From positions 740-64,739 of the forward strand of contig JBAZRK010000002.1 of NCBI GenBank assembly GCA_041663005.1: a stretch of 64,000 nucleotides of DNA. The letters are read 5' to 3'. The notes beneath the pieces were generated by a model. It was given only the letters and a program-made list of their open reading frames with translations. It was not told the DNA's origin and made no database searches. Source of the DNA: Minisyncoccota bacterium. Its GTDB lineage: Bacteria > Patescibacteriota > Minisyncoccia > Phycocordibacterales > UBA9973. Shown in pieces: positions 18,851 to 28,157 of this stretch; position 1 is the first letter of the stretch; every line of letters starts with the position of its first letter. The translations under genes and the position numbers were made by a program.

Positions 18851-18936
18851 CCCCATTCGGACGTCCAACGTCCGAATGGGGGTGATTTTTTGAGTTGAGG
18901 TAAAACAAAAAAACCACCCGTGAGGGGTGGTTTTTT
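18851..18936 (-). repeat. Composite ~90-bp repeat A: 31-nt perfect-palindrome REP (CCCCATTCGGACGTCCAACGTCCGAATGGGG) plus terminator CCACCCGTGAGGGGTGG-T6
   Basis: Direct repeat of 19576..19666 at about 85% identity. Acts as the terminator for the TA-like operon above it. Confidence 0.8.
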
Positions 18937-18940
18937 GAAG

Positions 18941-19177
18941 CTAGGCCATTAGAGGAGTACTGGAACTTATATTTATAGGAATCCCGTTTTTCAAATTTTC
19001 CTGAAGAGCGAGACCTTGCTTAGAAGAAGCATCTAAGAGCTCCATACCCACGACGTCTCCAGCAGAAGAAAGATCTACGACCAATCTGTCGTCTACCTTT
19101 ACTGATTTGGCAATTTTTTCACCATTTTTAATAGTGAAATAAATTGCATCTGCTACTGTATCATAATCTATTTTCAT
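18941..19177 (-). CDS. DUF2283-family small protein, antitoxin-like partner
   Basis: MKIDYDTVADAIYFTI...VDLSSAGDVVGMELLDAS matches the DUF2283 pattern (MKI.YD...D.LYI...G.ivGIEiL.AS). Confidence 0.75.
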   Translation of the reverse strand: MKIDYDTVADAIYFTIKNGEKIAKSVKVDDRLVVDLSSAGDVVGMELLDASSKQGLALQENLKNGIPINISSSTPLMA

Positions 19178-19182
19178 AATTT

Positions 19183-19416
19183 TTATTCTAAATAATAAGC
19201 GGTTATAATTAAATATTCATCTCCTTTGTCTTTAAACGCTTCTTTATAGTATATAACTTCTATCGTCTTCTCACCAACATTTTTCGAAACCTTGACTCTT
19301 TCTGCGAAAGTCTCTTCTTGCGTATCAGGATTTCGGAGAGTCTGCTTAATATGATCCAAGTTTATTCCTCGGCAAGAAATCATATCCTGCACATGTCGGG
19401 TGAGCTTAAGCTTCAT
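19183..19416 (-). CDS. DUF4258-family small protein, toxin-like partner
   Basis: MKLKLTRHVQDMISCRGINLDHIKQTL...EYLIITAYY matches DUF4258 (H...RM.ERGI....I....). 5-nt gap to the DUF2283 gene, so operonic. Confidence 0.75.
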   Translation of the reverse strand: MKLKLTRHVQDMISCRGINLDHIKQTLRNPDTQEETFAERVKVSKNVGEKTIEVIYYKEAFKDKGDEYLIITAYYLE

Positions 19417-19575
19417 TTAAGTAATTATACTACCTTTAGCTCCTAATCAATAGACGCTGTGCATACATATTCCTTACAGCTGATATCTGCTCATAATACT
19501 GATTTTGGATCTATTGTCAACCAGGGAAGAGAGCGCCCCCGGGCGGGTGAAGATGGAAAAAAAGGGGGTCAAAAA

Positions 19576-19666
19576 CCCCATTCGGACGTCCAACGTCCGA
19601 ATGGGGTGGTTTTGAGGGCTGGGGGGAGAAAACAAAAAGCCACCCGGTGAGGGGTGGCTTTTTTTA
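19576..19666 (-). repeat. Composite ~90-bp repeat B (REP plus terminator GCCACCCGGTGAGGGGTGGC-T7)
   Basis: Second copy of the composite module. Terminator for CDS 19711..21429. Confidence 0.8.
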
Positions 19667-19710
19667 CCTCGCCCACAAGTCCGACTTGTGGGAATGAGGA
19701 GTTAGCTGAT

Positions 19711-21429
19711 TTACTGCATCGCAGCTTTCGAACGAGACATTGGACCTAGGAACCCGTCGGCTACAAGACCCATAGAGCCCTGCCATTTCTTGGCAGCAGC
19801 AATAGTGAGCTTGCCACACCAACCGTCAGTAACTAGTCCAGCGTTTGACTTAGCATTCAAGAACATCTGCCAAGCTCGGCAAGCTTCGCCTTTCGTTCCC
19901 ATTTTTACTGTCAGGGTTCCGAAGGCATAGCCTTGTGCGTTTGGAGATGCTGGAGTTCCCGGTGCAACTGTCGGCACTGCAGGAGTAGCTGGAGTTGCTT
20001 TCTTAGTCCTGCTTCCGCCACCGCCACCGCCACCGCCAGAAACAGTTGTGATTTGGTAATTACTTGAGTCTGTGGTTCCCACTGGGGCGTTTGGTGAAAT
20101 TGCCCCATCAGTCCAGCCAGTCCCCACAGTAATTACATTCACTAAATCAGTTACATCCGCAGTGGGAGTAAAGGTAGCTGTTTGAGCTGTTGGAGTTGAA
20201 GCATCTATTGTCCCTAGTGTTCCATTTGGAACTGTCACATCGGCTGAAGTAAAGCCAGTTGGCGCTTCAGAGAAAGTAAACGTAATAAGAGCTGTTTCTC
20301 CTATGTCAATAGCATAATCTGAAAGCGTTACAGCTACAGTAGGTGCAACTGCGTCTGCAGCATCCACCGTAGAAGCATTGGCAAGCTCTCTACTTGCTAT
20401 GTCCATGGTGGTACCTGTGGCAGAAGCATAAGTGACAGCGGGAGTAGAAGAATATGAAGTTAATCCTGTTGTGGTAAGGGTCATCGTCGTTCCCGTATCT
20501 GCGGGATCTGTGTTTGCTGTGACTGTGGCACCAGCAACTGTCCAGCCCTCTCCTGCTGTTGTAGTCGTATCCATAGGCTCACTGAAGGTAAGCACGATGG
20601 TGTTCAATGCTGTTCGAGAAGCGCTTAACAATATTGGATTGATCCCGTCGGTCCAAATAAGTTGGTCCTGGTCTGCATTACCATCTTGATCTTGGCTATT
20701 ATTGCCGCTTGCGTCCAACAACGAAAAATCATTCTGGGCAGTTATGTCAAGCGTTCCTAGAGTGTCGTAAGTAGCCACAACAGAAGCTTCCGTACCTAGC
20801 GGAACCCAGGTAGCAGAAACGGTCCCTCCGATAAGGTCACTGGCATCTGCCCCAATTACCGCTCCTGTAAAACTACCAACAACATTTAAGAGCAAGTCAT
20901 TTGCCGACAAAAAAGAACCCACGGTAACTTGCTCAGTATAAATAACATCGAGTCTGTCCATCTTGCCATCATCATCTGCATCCTGATAGGTAATGCTTCT
21001 GATTTGAGGCTTGGCAAGGTCTGTAGGAGAACCAGATTTATCGGTCATATTTCCGCTAGTAAGAGTGACACTGTTGGCTGTCCCTGCAGCCTGAGTATAA
21101 GTAATCGTAGGAGCTACCGTACCTCCGGTAATTCCTGCACTTGCTGTGACAGTGATTGCGATTTCATTCAAAGTAGCACAGGTGACACCCGTTATGGCGG
21201 TGATGCCTATGTCGCCTGCTACTGTCACTGCCCAGTCCCCTGCTTCGTAAGGACAAAGAAGAGGGTCTTCATCCATAACCCACACAACTGTATCTACGGT
21301 ACCGTCCAAGTTCACATCTCTATATGTAGAGCTAGAAAGGGTGTTCGCAGCATCCACGTTTGCAGGTAGTAGAAAAACTACACCCGCAAGCACAAAAAGG
21401 AATCCTAATATTCTATTTAGTTTCTTCAT
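19711..21429 (-). CDS. Secreted Thr/Ala/Gly-rich surface protein with C-terminal PG-binding domain
   Basis: Signal peptide. GGGGGGGGS linker, encoded by the (CCGCCA)n run at 19990..20040. C-terminal ...GEACRAWQMFLNAKSNAGLVTDGWCGKLTIAAAKKWQGSMGLVADGFLGPMS. Confidence 0.7.
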   Translation of the reverse strand: MKKLNRILGFLFVLAGVVFLLPANVDAANTLSSSTYRDVNLDGTVDTVVWVMDEDPLLCPYEAGDWAVTVAGDIGITAITGVTCATLNEIAITVTASAGITGGTVAPTITYTQAAGTANSVTLTSGNMTDKSGSPTDLAKPQIRSITYQDADDDGKMDRLDVIYTEQVTVGSFLSANDLLLNVVGSFTGAVIGADASDLIGGTVSATWVPLGTEASVVATYDTLGTLDITAQNDFSLLDASGNNSQDQDGNADQDQLIWTDGINPILLSASRTALNTIVLTFSEPMDTTTTAGEGWTVAGATVTANTDPADTGTTMTLTTTGLTSYSSTPAVTYASATGTTMDIASRELANASTVDAADAVAPTVAVTLSDYAIDIGETALITFTFSEAPTGFTSADVTVPNGTLGTIDASTPTAQTATFTPTADVTDLVNVITVGTGWTDGAISPNAPVGTTDSSNYQITTVSGGGGGGGGSRTKKATPATPAVPTVAPGTPASPNAQGYAFGTLTVKMGTKGEACRAWQMFLNAKSNAGLVTDGWCGKLTIAAAKKWQGSMGLVADGFLGPMSRSKAAMQ

Positions 21430-21585
21430 AATAAAACAATAATAATTATTTATAATGTGATTATAATTTTTAATTACCTAATGATGCATCTATAGATAAT
21501 CAAAAAATACAGAGAGCGCTCGACACGCAGGGTGTATTGCTATTATTATACTCCTTTAAAATAATTAAATAACAGTAAGTGTGCA

Positions 21586-21726
21586 TAACCCCCACACCTT
21601 TCTTGGTATCGCTTTTTGTTCTGCTAAAGTAATTATTTACCGAAAAGTAGTTTTTAGATAGGTTGTAGTGATTGTGTAGATTGTATTAAAAAACAGAACA
21701 ATACAAAGAAAGGTGTGGGGGATAAC
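21586..21726. repeat. ~140-bp element with 20-bp terminal inverted repeats ATAACCCCCACACCTTTCTT / AAGAAAGGTGTGGGGGATAAC
   Basis: Nested inverted repeats (TTGTTCTG/CAGAACAA). Arms share the CCCCCACACC motif seen at 25296 and 31227. Confidence 0.5.
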
Positions 21727-21747
21727 TCAACATTAGAACATAGATAA

Positions 21748-21792
21748 AAAACAAAAAACCCCGGACTCTCGTAAGAGTCGGGGGTTGTTTTG
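21748..21792 (-). terminator. Intrinsic terminator CCCCGGACTCT-CGTAAG-AGAGTCGGGGG for CDS 21868..23883
   Basis: GC-rich hairpin flanked by A/T runs. Confidence 0.55.
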
Positions 21793-21867
21793 TAATACCT
21801 TTTAAGGCGTATTAACCAAGAGTTATGAATTCAAGAAGAATTCGCTAATCACTAGATCTAAATTATA

Positions 21868-23883
21868 TTAGTCAGCGATTGTAGCGTAAGGAGTCTTGAA
21901 GTCGTCTTGCAGGTTAGATGTGTAGACAAGAGTACCAGCTGTCGTAATAACGTTGGTACCACTACTGAAGGTTACTCCAGTCAAGATTGCACGAACTTGT
22001 GCTCCATCTAGATCACCGGCAGTAGCGATAGAGTTATCAACATTTACTTTAGCAGTAAAGGTTTCTGAACTTCCATCGTTAACTTTGAACAAGCTTGTGT
22101 AAGCATCGTCTGTAGCATCAGTACCTGTAGGTGTATAAGCTTCTTCATCAGCTGATGAAGTTAAGATAGCTATACCTTTGCCTACTGCTAACTGTGCATC
22201 AGAGCTTTGCAAGTGTAATCCAACTCCTTCTGCGGCAGTTGGGGCTGTACCTGCTGATCCAGTGCCAGCACTCTTAACTGTAATCACGCTAGGAATATAA
22301 GCATCCCCTCCGAAAGCTGTAACTTTGAAATTCATTACCAATTCGACACGGTCGTTATTGGTACCATCAACTGTAAATGGATCTGCATCTACAGAGACGA
22401 AGTCAACAGCGATTCCAGTAGAGTAGAATGTCTGAGCTTCGCCAGTCACTGAACCTGTTCGGTTTCCAGCAACTACAACGTCGCCATTTTCATCTTCTAC
22501 GTCCGTTTGATCAGTGCCAGTCACATCATCAAGATATGATGATGGGAAGGAAACAGCAAAGCTGTCGCCGTTGTCAAACACAGTTGCTCCCGTAGTAGCA
22601 GCAGTATCTCTAATTTTTGCTACGACTGTGAAAGTTACTGTATCTCCTTCTCCGATAGTCAAATCAAGATCATTGAAGAACAAGTCTCCAGCATCATCAT
22701 CTGTACCATCGTAGTAGGCAGAGACTGAATCAAGTTCGTCTCCATCCATTTCCAACGAAACATCAGAAACCATATCAGCCCATGTATCATCTACGCCTGT
22801 TGCTGTTGCAGACAAGAGCAAAGAATCGATAAGCATTTCTGAACCTTCTGCCTTCAGCTTGAATTCAAGCATAGTAACATCGGTGTCAGTGGTATCATCA
22901 ACTTCTACGACTTGTGCGTCAGGATTTTCTGAACCTTCTGTAAGTTTAAGTTCGAGGTCTCCTGAAGTCGAAAGATCGTCAAAGTCAAATGTCCTGTCAA
23001 GGGTGTCGCCGTCTGTGTCTTCAGTAGTTACGACGCCGTCTGCATCTTCAAAGCGAACGTTTAGAACGTCAACTCCGAAAGCATCGTCATCGATATCTCC
23101 TGAATCAAGATTACTTGCAGCTGTAATAGCTACAGAAAATACTTCTGTCTCTCCAGCGCGAACGATCGCGTTGTCAACAGAAATAGTCTTTGTGTAGATA
23201 TCGTTATTCTCTGTGAAGTCTTCAGCATCAGCTTCTCCAATCTTGTCAGAGCCCATGAAGATGGATACTGAATCCATGTAATCTTCAACTCTGTCAGAAT
23301 TGCCAGCAGCAGTTTGAGCAAGCTCAACTTTTACTGAAGTAACCTCTACGTCTGAATCATCATCAGCTTCAACTTCAAATGCTAACACTTTAGCATCTTC
23401 GTCTCCAGCGACAACATCTTCATTGGTATAAGTTGATTTAGCGGAAACTGTGATTGAACCAGCTCCACCTTCGAGTGCTCCGTTAGATGGTGCGTCAGGT
23501 GTTCCTGCAACACAAGATGCGCCAGTAGCTGGGTTAAACATCCAACCTACTTGACATCCTGCTGGCAATTGGCCAACCGGTGCGGAACCCATCAAAGCTG
23601 CTCGTGTCATAGCACCTACAACTCCGTCAGCTGCCAAACCTTTTGAAGTTTGGAAAGCCTTAACAGCAGCTGCAGTCATAGGACCGAATTTACCGTCAGC
23701 AGAAGCACCTACTAGGGACTGCAAGCACATAACTTCTGCGCCTGTAGAACCGACCCTTAGAGTCATTGTGATTGAGCAAGCTGCTGCGGATGCGGAAGAA
23801 GGAGCTACTGCTACCCCTACTGCAAAGAGAGCTGCGACAATCATAACTCCCATAAGGAATTTTGATTTTAATAAATTACTCAT
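21868..23883 (-). CDS. Secreted acidic (D/E/T-rich) surface protein with N-terminal PG-binding domain
   Basis: Signal peptide, then LRVGSTGAEVMCLQSLVGASADGKFGPMTAAAVKAFQTSKGLAADGVVGAMT. 671 aa. Confidence 0.7.
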   Translation of the reverse strand: MSNLLKSKFLMGVMIVAALFAVGVAVAPSSASAAACSITMTLRVGSTGAEVMCLQSLVGASADGKFGPMTAAAVKAFQTSKGLAADGVVGAMTRAALMGSAPVGQLPAGCQVGWMFNPATGASCVAGTPDAPSNGALEGGAGSITVSAKSTYTNEDVVAGDEDAKVLAFEVEADDDSDVEVTSVKVELAQTAAGNSDRVEDYMDSVSIFMGSDKIGEADAEDFTENNDIYTKTISVDNAIVRAGETEVFSVAITAASNLDSGDIDDDAFGVDVLNVRFEDADGVVTTEDTDGDTLDRTFDFDDLSTSGDLELKLTEGSENPDAQVVEVDDTTDTDVTMLEFKLKAEGSEMLIDSLLLSATATGVDDTWADMVSDVSLEMDGDELDSVSAYYDGTDDDAGDLFFNDLDLTIGEGDTVTFTVVAKIRDTAATTGATVFDNGDSFAVSFPSSYLDDVTGTDQTDVEDENGDVVVAGNRTGSVTGEAQTFYSTGIAVDFVSVDADPFTVDGTNNDRVELVMNFKVTAFGGDAYIPSVITVKSAGTGSAGTAPTAAEGVGLHLQSSDAQLAVGKGIAILTSSADEEAYTPTGTDATDDAYTSLFKVNDGSSETFTAKVNVDNSIATAGDLDGAQVRAILTGVTFSSGTNVITTAGTLVYTSNLQDDFKTPYATIAD

Positions 23884-24437
23884 AATTTTTTTCTAATTTG
23901 CTACGCCATTAATTAGTTTCGACAAAACTAAAAGCGTATATTTCACTATCATCATTTCCTCTTCCGCTAATAACTTATAATTGTTAATAATGAAGCGGAT
24001 TAAAAAATAATGAACAGAGATAAACTAACATTGAGAACAAAACACTTTACTATTCTGTTTTCAATGGGCTTTATTTTCTAACAAGATTTTTTCGACGAAA
24101 TCCGGAAAGAAAATAAATAACTTGCGCATACAGGACACACAATAAAGCGCGGCCTGTAAACACAACAACATTATAATATACCGCTTCAAAACTAAGCAAT
24201 ATACTATGTGGATAACTTGCTCTTTTAGCAGTCTCCTGAAAGTTAAGACGTAACTACGCCCGAAAAATTTCAGTGTCGAGCCATCTAGCAGAGCATATCC
24301 GACTCATATATATTCGCATATTTAGGGTTAAAATGCAACCCACCCGGACAGTGGATAGGGTGGATATGCTGTCGGGTTAGGCGAGGAAATAGCGACTCCC
24401 CGCCTACGCCAAGGCTTCGGACGGGCAGGCACCGTTT

Positions 24438-25262
24438 CTAGGGACTTATTTTTATAGAATACTTACTCCAGCGTTTTTCGCCTATCTTATTAAGGACACC
24501 GTCGTGCACCATAGCAATGAGCTCACGCTGGAGGGTCTTCTCGCCTAGGGTACTGAGTGTATTATTTTTGTCCGTGAGATGAGAAGCTCTGTCCTTTATG
24601 TCCTTTATGGTAGCGCTACCGCCTGAGCTTTTAATTATATTCAGGATGTCTGCTCGTCGCTGTCCTTTTGAAACTTCAAAAGCGGCTCCGTGCATATGGG
24701 ACACGAGGGTGTGAGCCCCTGCTCCTCGAGCTCTCGGAATTTTGTCCGATATCTGGTGGATGGACTTCAGGAGAGTGCTCGCCTTCTGGACACCGAGACT
24801 CGTGGACCGACGGTCAACCTCGTAACCGCCGCGAGGCGAAGGAAGTTCGTTGCGGAAAAATTCGGACAAGTCTATTTGTTTATTTAAAATTTGGGGTTCG
24901 TTCAGAGACTCACGTATCGCTTGATCAAGCTCGTAAAATTCTTTCCTGAGGATATTGCAATTCATCGCGGACACGATATTCACGGCGGAAGCTATGTCTA
25001 AAAAGGACATTATTTCGGCAATCTTCCGGCAGGCCTTGGCTGGCTCTAAATTGATGTCCGATACAACTCCAGCGCCCAGTGTCCTTAATTTATTGCGTAG
25101 CGGTTCGTCACGGTCAATGATGTCCGTGACCATATACAAAGCAGTAATGAGCTTATTGGTCTTCTGGTATGAGATAGGAAAAGGGCTGTCCTTAAGGGCT
25201 ATGTCCGTATTGGATAGAGGGTCCTTTTGAGAGTCCGTGAGATTTTTTCCATCTCTTAACAT
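24438..25262 (-). CDS. Hypothetical protein with C-terminal winged-helix DNA-binding-like domain
   Basis: The ORF-track start at 25313 would overlap the 25296..25326 hairpin, so the Met at 25262 (MLRDGK...) is the more likely start. The C-terminal end ...TIKDIKDRASHLTDKNNTLSTLGEKTLQRELIAMVHDGVLNKIGEKRWSKY resembles a wHTH. Confidence 0.5.
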   Translation of the reverse strand: MLRDGKNLTDSQKDPLSNTDIALKDSPFPISYQKTNKLITALYMVTDIIDRDEPLRNKLRTLGAGVVSDINLEPAKACRKIAEIMSFLDIASAVNIVSAMNCNILRKEFYELDQAIRESLNEPQILNKQIDLSEFFRNELPSPRGGYEVDRRSTSLGVQKASTLLKSIHQISDKIPRARGAGAHTLVSHMHGAAFEVSKGQRRADILNIIKSSGGSATIKDIKDRASHLTDKNNTLSTLGEKTLQRELIAMVHDGVLNKIGEKRWSKYSIKISP

Positions 25263-25295
25263 TTGTCCATTATATATAGGACGTGGAAAAAGGCA

Positions 25296-25326
25296 AGCCC
25301 CCACACCAAACATTTTGGTGTGGGGG
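25296..25326. repeat. Perfect hairpin GCCCCCACACCAAA-CAT-TTTGGTGTGGGGGC (CCCCCACACC family) in the divergent promoter region
   Basis: 14-bp stem. A half-site GTGTGGGGG recurs at 25366. Confidence 0.55.
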
Positions 25327-25551
25327 CAAGGTCCTTTATGGTTAATAAGTGTGGGGGTATAGGACAGCGAAATTTAATGTCAGTGTGGCTATACTTAAAT
25401 ACGGACTACGGAGCGCGACTGGCGCGAGTCTTGAGAAATTTCTTAGCAAAGAAATATTCGTGCCGTATTTAAGTATGGGCTCGCTGTAAAACAATAAAAA
25501 AATATTATCCGTGGATTTAATAGCAACTCATGTTTGTGGTAGAATATGTAA

Positions 25552-27762
25552 ATGGCAAAAAACGGAAAGGCAAAGAGAGATGATAAGTATGAAAGGAAAA
25601 ATTCGCGAGGTCTCCAAACTCACACCAAGCACGGCATCATCGCGGTAATTCTTTTCGTGGTGGCATTATTCTTCCTGATGTCCGCGTTTGACGCGGCGGG
25701 AGTGGCGGGGGCATTCGTTTACGAGAAACTTTATTATTTACTCGGCGTGGGCTACGTGCTCCTGCCTCTCCTCCTCGTACTCTTGGGCACCTCATTTCTG
25801 AAATCCGAAACGCCGGAGTTTGGAGTGGCTCGCTTCTTGAGCGGACTTATGTTCCTCTTCTCCGGTCTCGGCATCATAGACGTCATCTCTCCCGAGCACT
25901 CGGGCGGGTTCTTCGGAGAGCTCCTAGCGGCGCCCTTCGTTAAACTCTTCGATGTGTACGCCACCGTAGCTTTCCTCTTCGCGATTTTAATAATTTCACT
26001 TTTGATAATGTTTGATGCGCGGCTCGCCTTCCCTGATTTCCTGAAAAGAGTCTGGGCATTTTTCTCCACTAAGAAAGAGACCTCCGAAGCAGGAGACCTG
26101 AGCGAGGATGAGATAGATGAAATAGAAAAATCTATGCCTGAAGAAGAGGAAGAAACCGCGGGGGAAAAAGTCCGCTCGGCACTCCGAATGAAAAAGAAAG
26201 AAAAGGAGCAGCCACCCGAAGAAGAAGAGATGCCTATAAGGAAAGTGAAGACCGGTCTAGTGTCCACCTACACCCCTCCCCCGCTCGATCTCCTAGAAGA
26301 AGATAAAGGCAAACCTAACACCGGCGACATTAAGGCCAACGCTAACATAATAAAAAGAACTCTCGCGAACTTCGGCATCGAAGTCGAGATGGATGAAATC
26401 ACTATCGGGCCCACGGTCACTCGCTACGCGCTCAAGCCCGCCGAGGGCGTGAAACTCTCGCGCATTGTCGGGCTACAGAACGACCTCGCGCTCTCCCTCG
26501 CTGCTCACCCAATACGTATCGAAGCTCCCATCCCCGGCAAGTCGCTCGTCGGCATAGAGATTCCAAACAAGTCGAAGTCGATCGTCGGACTCGCCACTCT
26601 TCTCTCTGATGAGAAATTTACCCATTCCCACAAACCGCTAATGACCGCGCTCGGTCGCTCTATCGCCGGCAAGGCAGTATTCGGCAACTTGGCGAAAATG
26701 CCTCACGTGCTAGTGGCCGGAACCACTGGTTCGGGTAAATCCGTAACCATTCACTCAATGATTACTTCCCTCCTATACAGAAACGGCCCTGATGATTTGA
26801 AATTTATATTGATTGACCCTAAGCGCGTCGAACTCACTCTATACAACAACATCCCCCACCTCCTTACACCGGTAATTACAGAGGCAAAGAAGACAATCCT
26901 CGCGCTCAAGTGGGCAGCGAAGGAAATGGACCGCCGGTACGATATCCTCGAAGCAGAGTCGGTGCGAGACATAGAGTCCTACCACAACAATGTCTGGAGT
27001 AAAAATCCGAAAAAGATGAAAGAGAACAGCGATGGCACTCAAGAAGAAATAAACGCCGACCGCTTGCCATACATTGTCATTATAATAGACGAACTTGCGG
27101 ATATAATGAGCACCTACCCGAGGGAGCTCGAAGCGGCCATAGTCCGCCTAGCACAGATGTCCCGCGCCGTGGGTATCCACTTGATTCTCTCTACGCAAAG
27201 ACCTGAAGTAAACGTCATCACCGGTCTCATCAAGGCTAACATCCCGGCTCGCGTGGCGCTCAAAGTGTCTTCGCAGATTGACTCGCGCACCATTCTTGAC
27301 GCCGGGGGCGCCGAGAAACTCCTAGGAGCCGGCGATATGCTGTATTCTTCGGGCGAAGCTCAGCCGGAACGTCTTCAGAGCGCCTTCATCTCGGAATTGG
27401 AAGTTAAGAAGGTTGTGAAGTACCTGGCTGATGCATATAAAGATGAGATTAGCGAAGAGATTTCTCTTACGTCTGGATCTATCTCCGCAGACAAGAGCGT
27501 ATTCGAAGCTTCTCTCGGAGATGATGGTGATATGGAAGACGATGACGAAATGTACGAAGAAGCTCGCGCTTGCGTGGTAGAAGCAGGAAAAGCATCGACC
27601 TCTTACTTGCAAAGAAAACTCAAACTGGGTTATGCTCGCGCCGCAAGACTGATGGATAAACTCGAAGAGCGTGGAGTAATAGGCCCCGGCGAGGGCGCCA
27701 AGCCTCGAGAAGTACTTGAGAAAATAACTCGAGATGAAAACGGCGACAACGTAATAGGATGA
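25552..27762 (+). CDS. ftsK: DNA translocase FtsK/SpoIIIE
   Basis: N-terminal TM segments, acidic linker, Walker A VLVAGTTGSGKSV, and C-terminal gamma wHTH (...SYLQRKLKLGYARAARLMDKLEERGVIG). Confidence 0.9.
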   Translation: MAKNGKAKRDDKYERKNSRGLQTHTKHGIIAVILFVVALFFLMSAFDAAGVAGAFVYEKLYYLLGVGYVLLPLLLVLLGTSFLKSETPEFGVARFLSGLMFLFSGLGIIDVISPEHSGGFFGELLAAPFVKLFDVYATVAFLFAILIISLLIMFDARLAFPDFLKRVWAFFSTKKETSEAGDLSEDEIDEIEKSMPEEEEETAGEKVRSALRMKKKEKEQPPEEEEMPIRKVKTGLVSTYTPPPLDLLEEDKGKPNTGDIKANANIIKRTLANFGIEVEMDEITIGPTVTRYALKPAEGVKLSRIVGLQNDLALSLAAHPIRIEAPIPGKSLVGIEIPNKSKSIVGLATLLSDEKFTHSHKPLMTALGRSIAGKAVFGNLAKMPHVLVAGTTGSGKSVTIHSMITSLLYRNGPDDLKFILIDPKRVELTLYNNIPHLLTPVITEAKKTILALKWAAKEMDRRYDILEAESVRDIESYHNNVWSKNPKKMKENSDGTQEEINADRLPYIVIIIDELADIMSTYPRELEAAIVRLAQMSRAVGIHLILSTQRPEVNVITGLIKANIPARVALKVSSQIDSRTILDAGGAEKLLGAGDMLYSSGEAQPERLQSAFISELEVKKVVKYLADAYKDEISEEISLTSGSISADKSVFEASLGDDGDMEDDDEMYEEARACVVEAGKASTSYLQRKLKLGYARAARLMDKLEERGVIGPGEGAKPREVLEKITRDENGDNVIG

Positions 27763-28133
27763 GAGACGACGCCAAGAAAATCAAAATCATAATAGTCGGA
27801 GCATTTTTCCTTTTTATCGTGGTTTATGGGTTTGCCCGCTCGACCGACCTCATCTTCGGCGTGAAAATAAAAAATGTGAAGATCGCAGGAGAACCCGCAG
27901 AAACTCTTGTGGTCCGAAATGAAAGCGTGACGAAAATCTCCGGCAACGCCAGGAACGCCATCAACCTCAGCTTAAATGGACGCGAAATTTCTATTGACCT
28001 TAAGGGTAACTTCGAAGAAACTATCGCTCTCCTCCCCGGTTATAATATAATAAACATCCAGGCGACCGATAAATTCGGGTACGTGGACGAGAAAAATTAT
28101 CAATTAATATTAACCCAGGCACTAGGCAACTAG
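27759..28133 (+). CDS. Hypothetical membrane-anchored protein
   Basis: ATGA overlap with the ftsK stop. N-terminal TM segment. Confidence 0.5.
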   Translation: MRDDAKKIKIIIVGAFFLFIVVYGFARSTDLIFGVKIKNVKIAGEPAETLVVRNESVTKISGNARNAINLSLNGREISIDLKGNFEETIALLPGYNIINIQATDKFGYVDEKNYQLILTQALGN

Positions 28134-28157
28134 GCTTCAGGCGTTAGCCAAAAAAAA

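Noticed and set aside
17969-18917. ORFs 17969..18466 (+), 18543..18917 (-) and 19459..19650 (+)
   Set aside because: Their reading frames are held open by REP palindromes, which translate stop-free as SDVGRPN / FGRPTSE in both directions, and they run through intergenic low-complexity sequence. Not credible genes.
19990-20040. Perfect (CCGCCA)n simple repeat
   Set aside because: It lies in frame inside CDS 19711..21429 and encodes a poly-Gly linker (GGGGGGGGS). It is coding low complexity, not a CRISPR or noncoding repeat.
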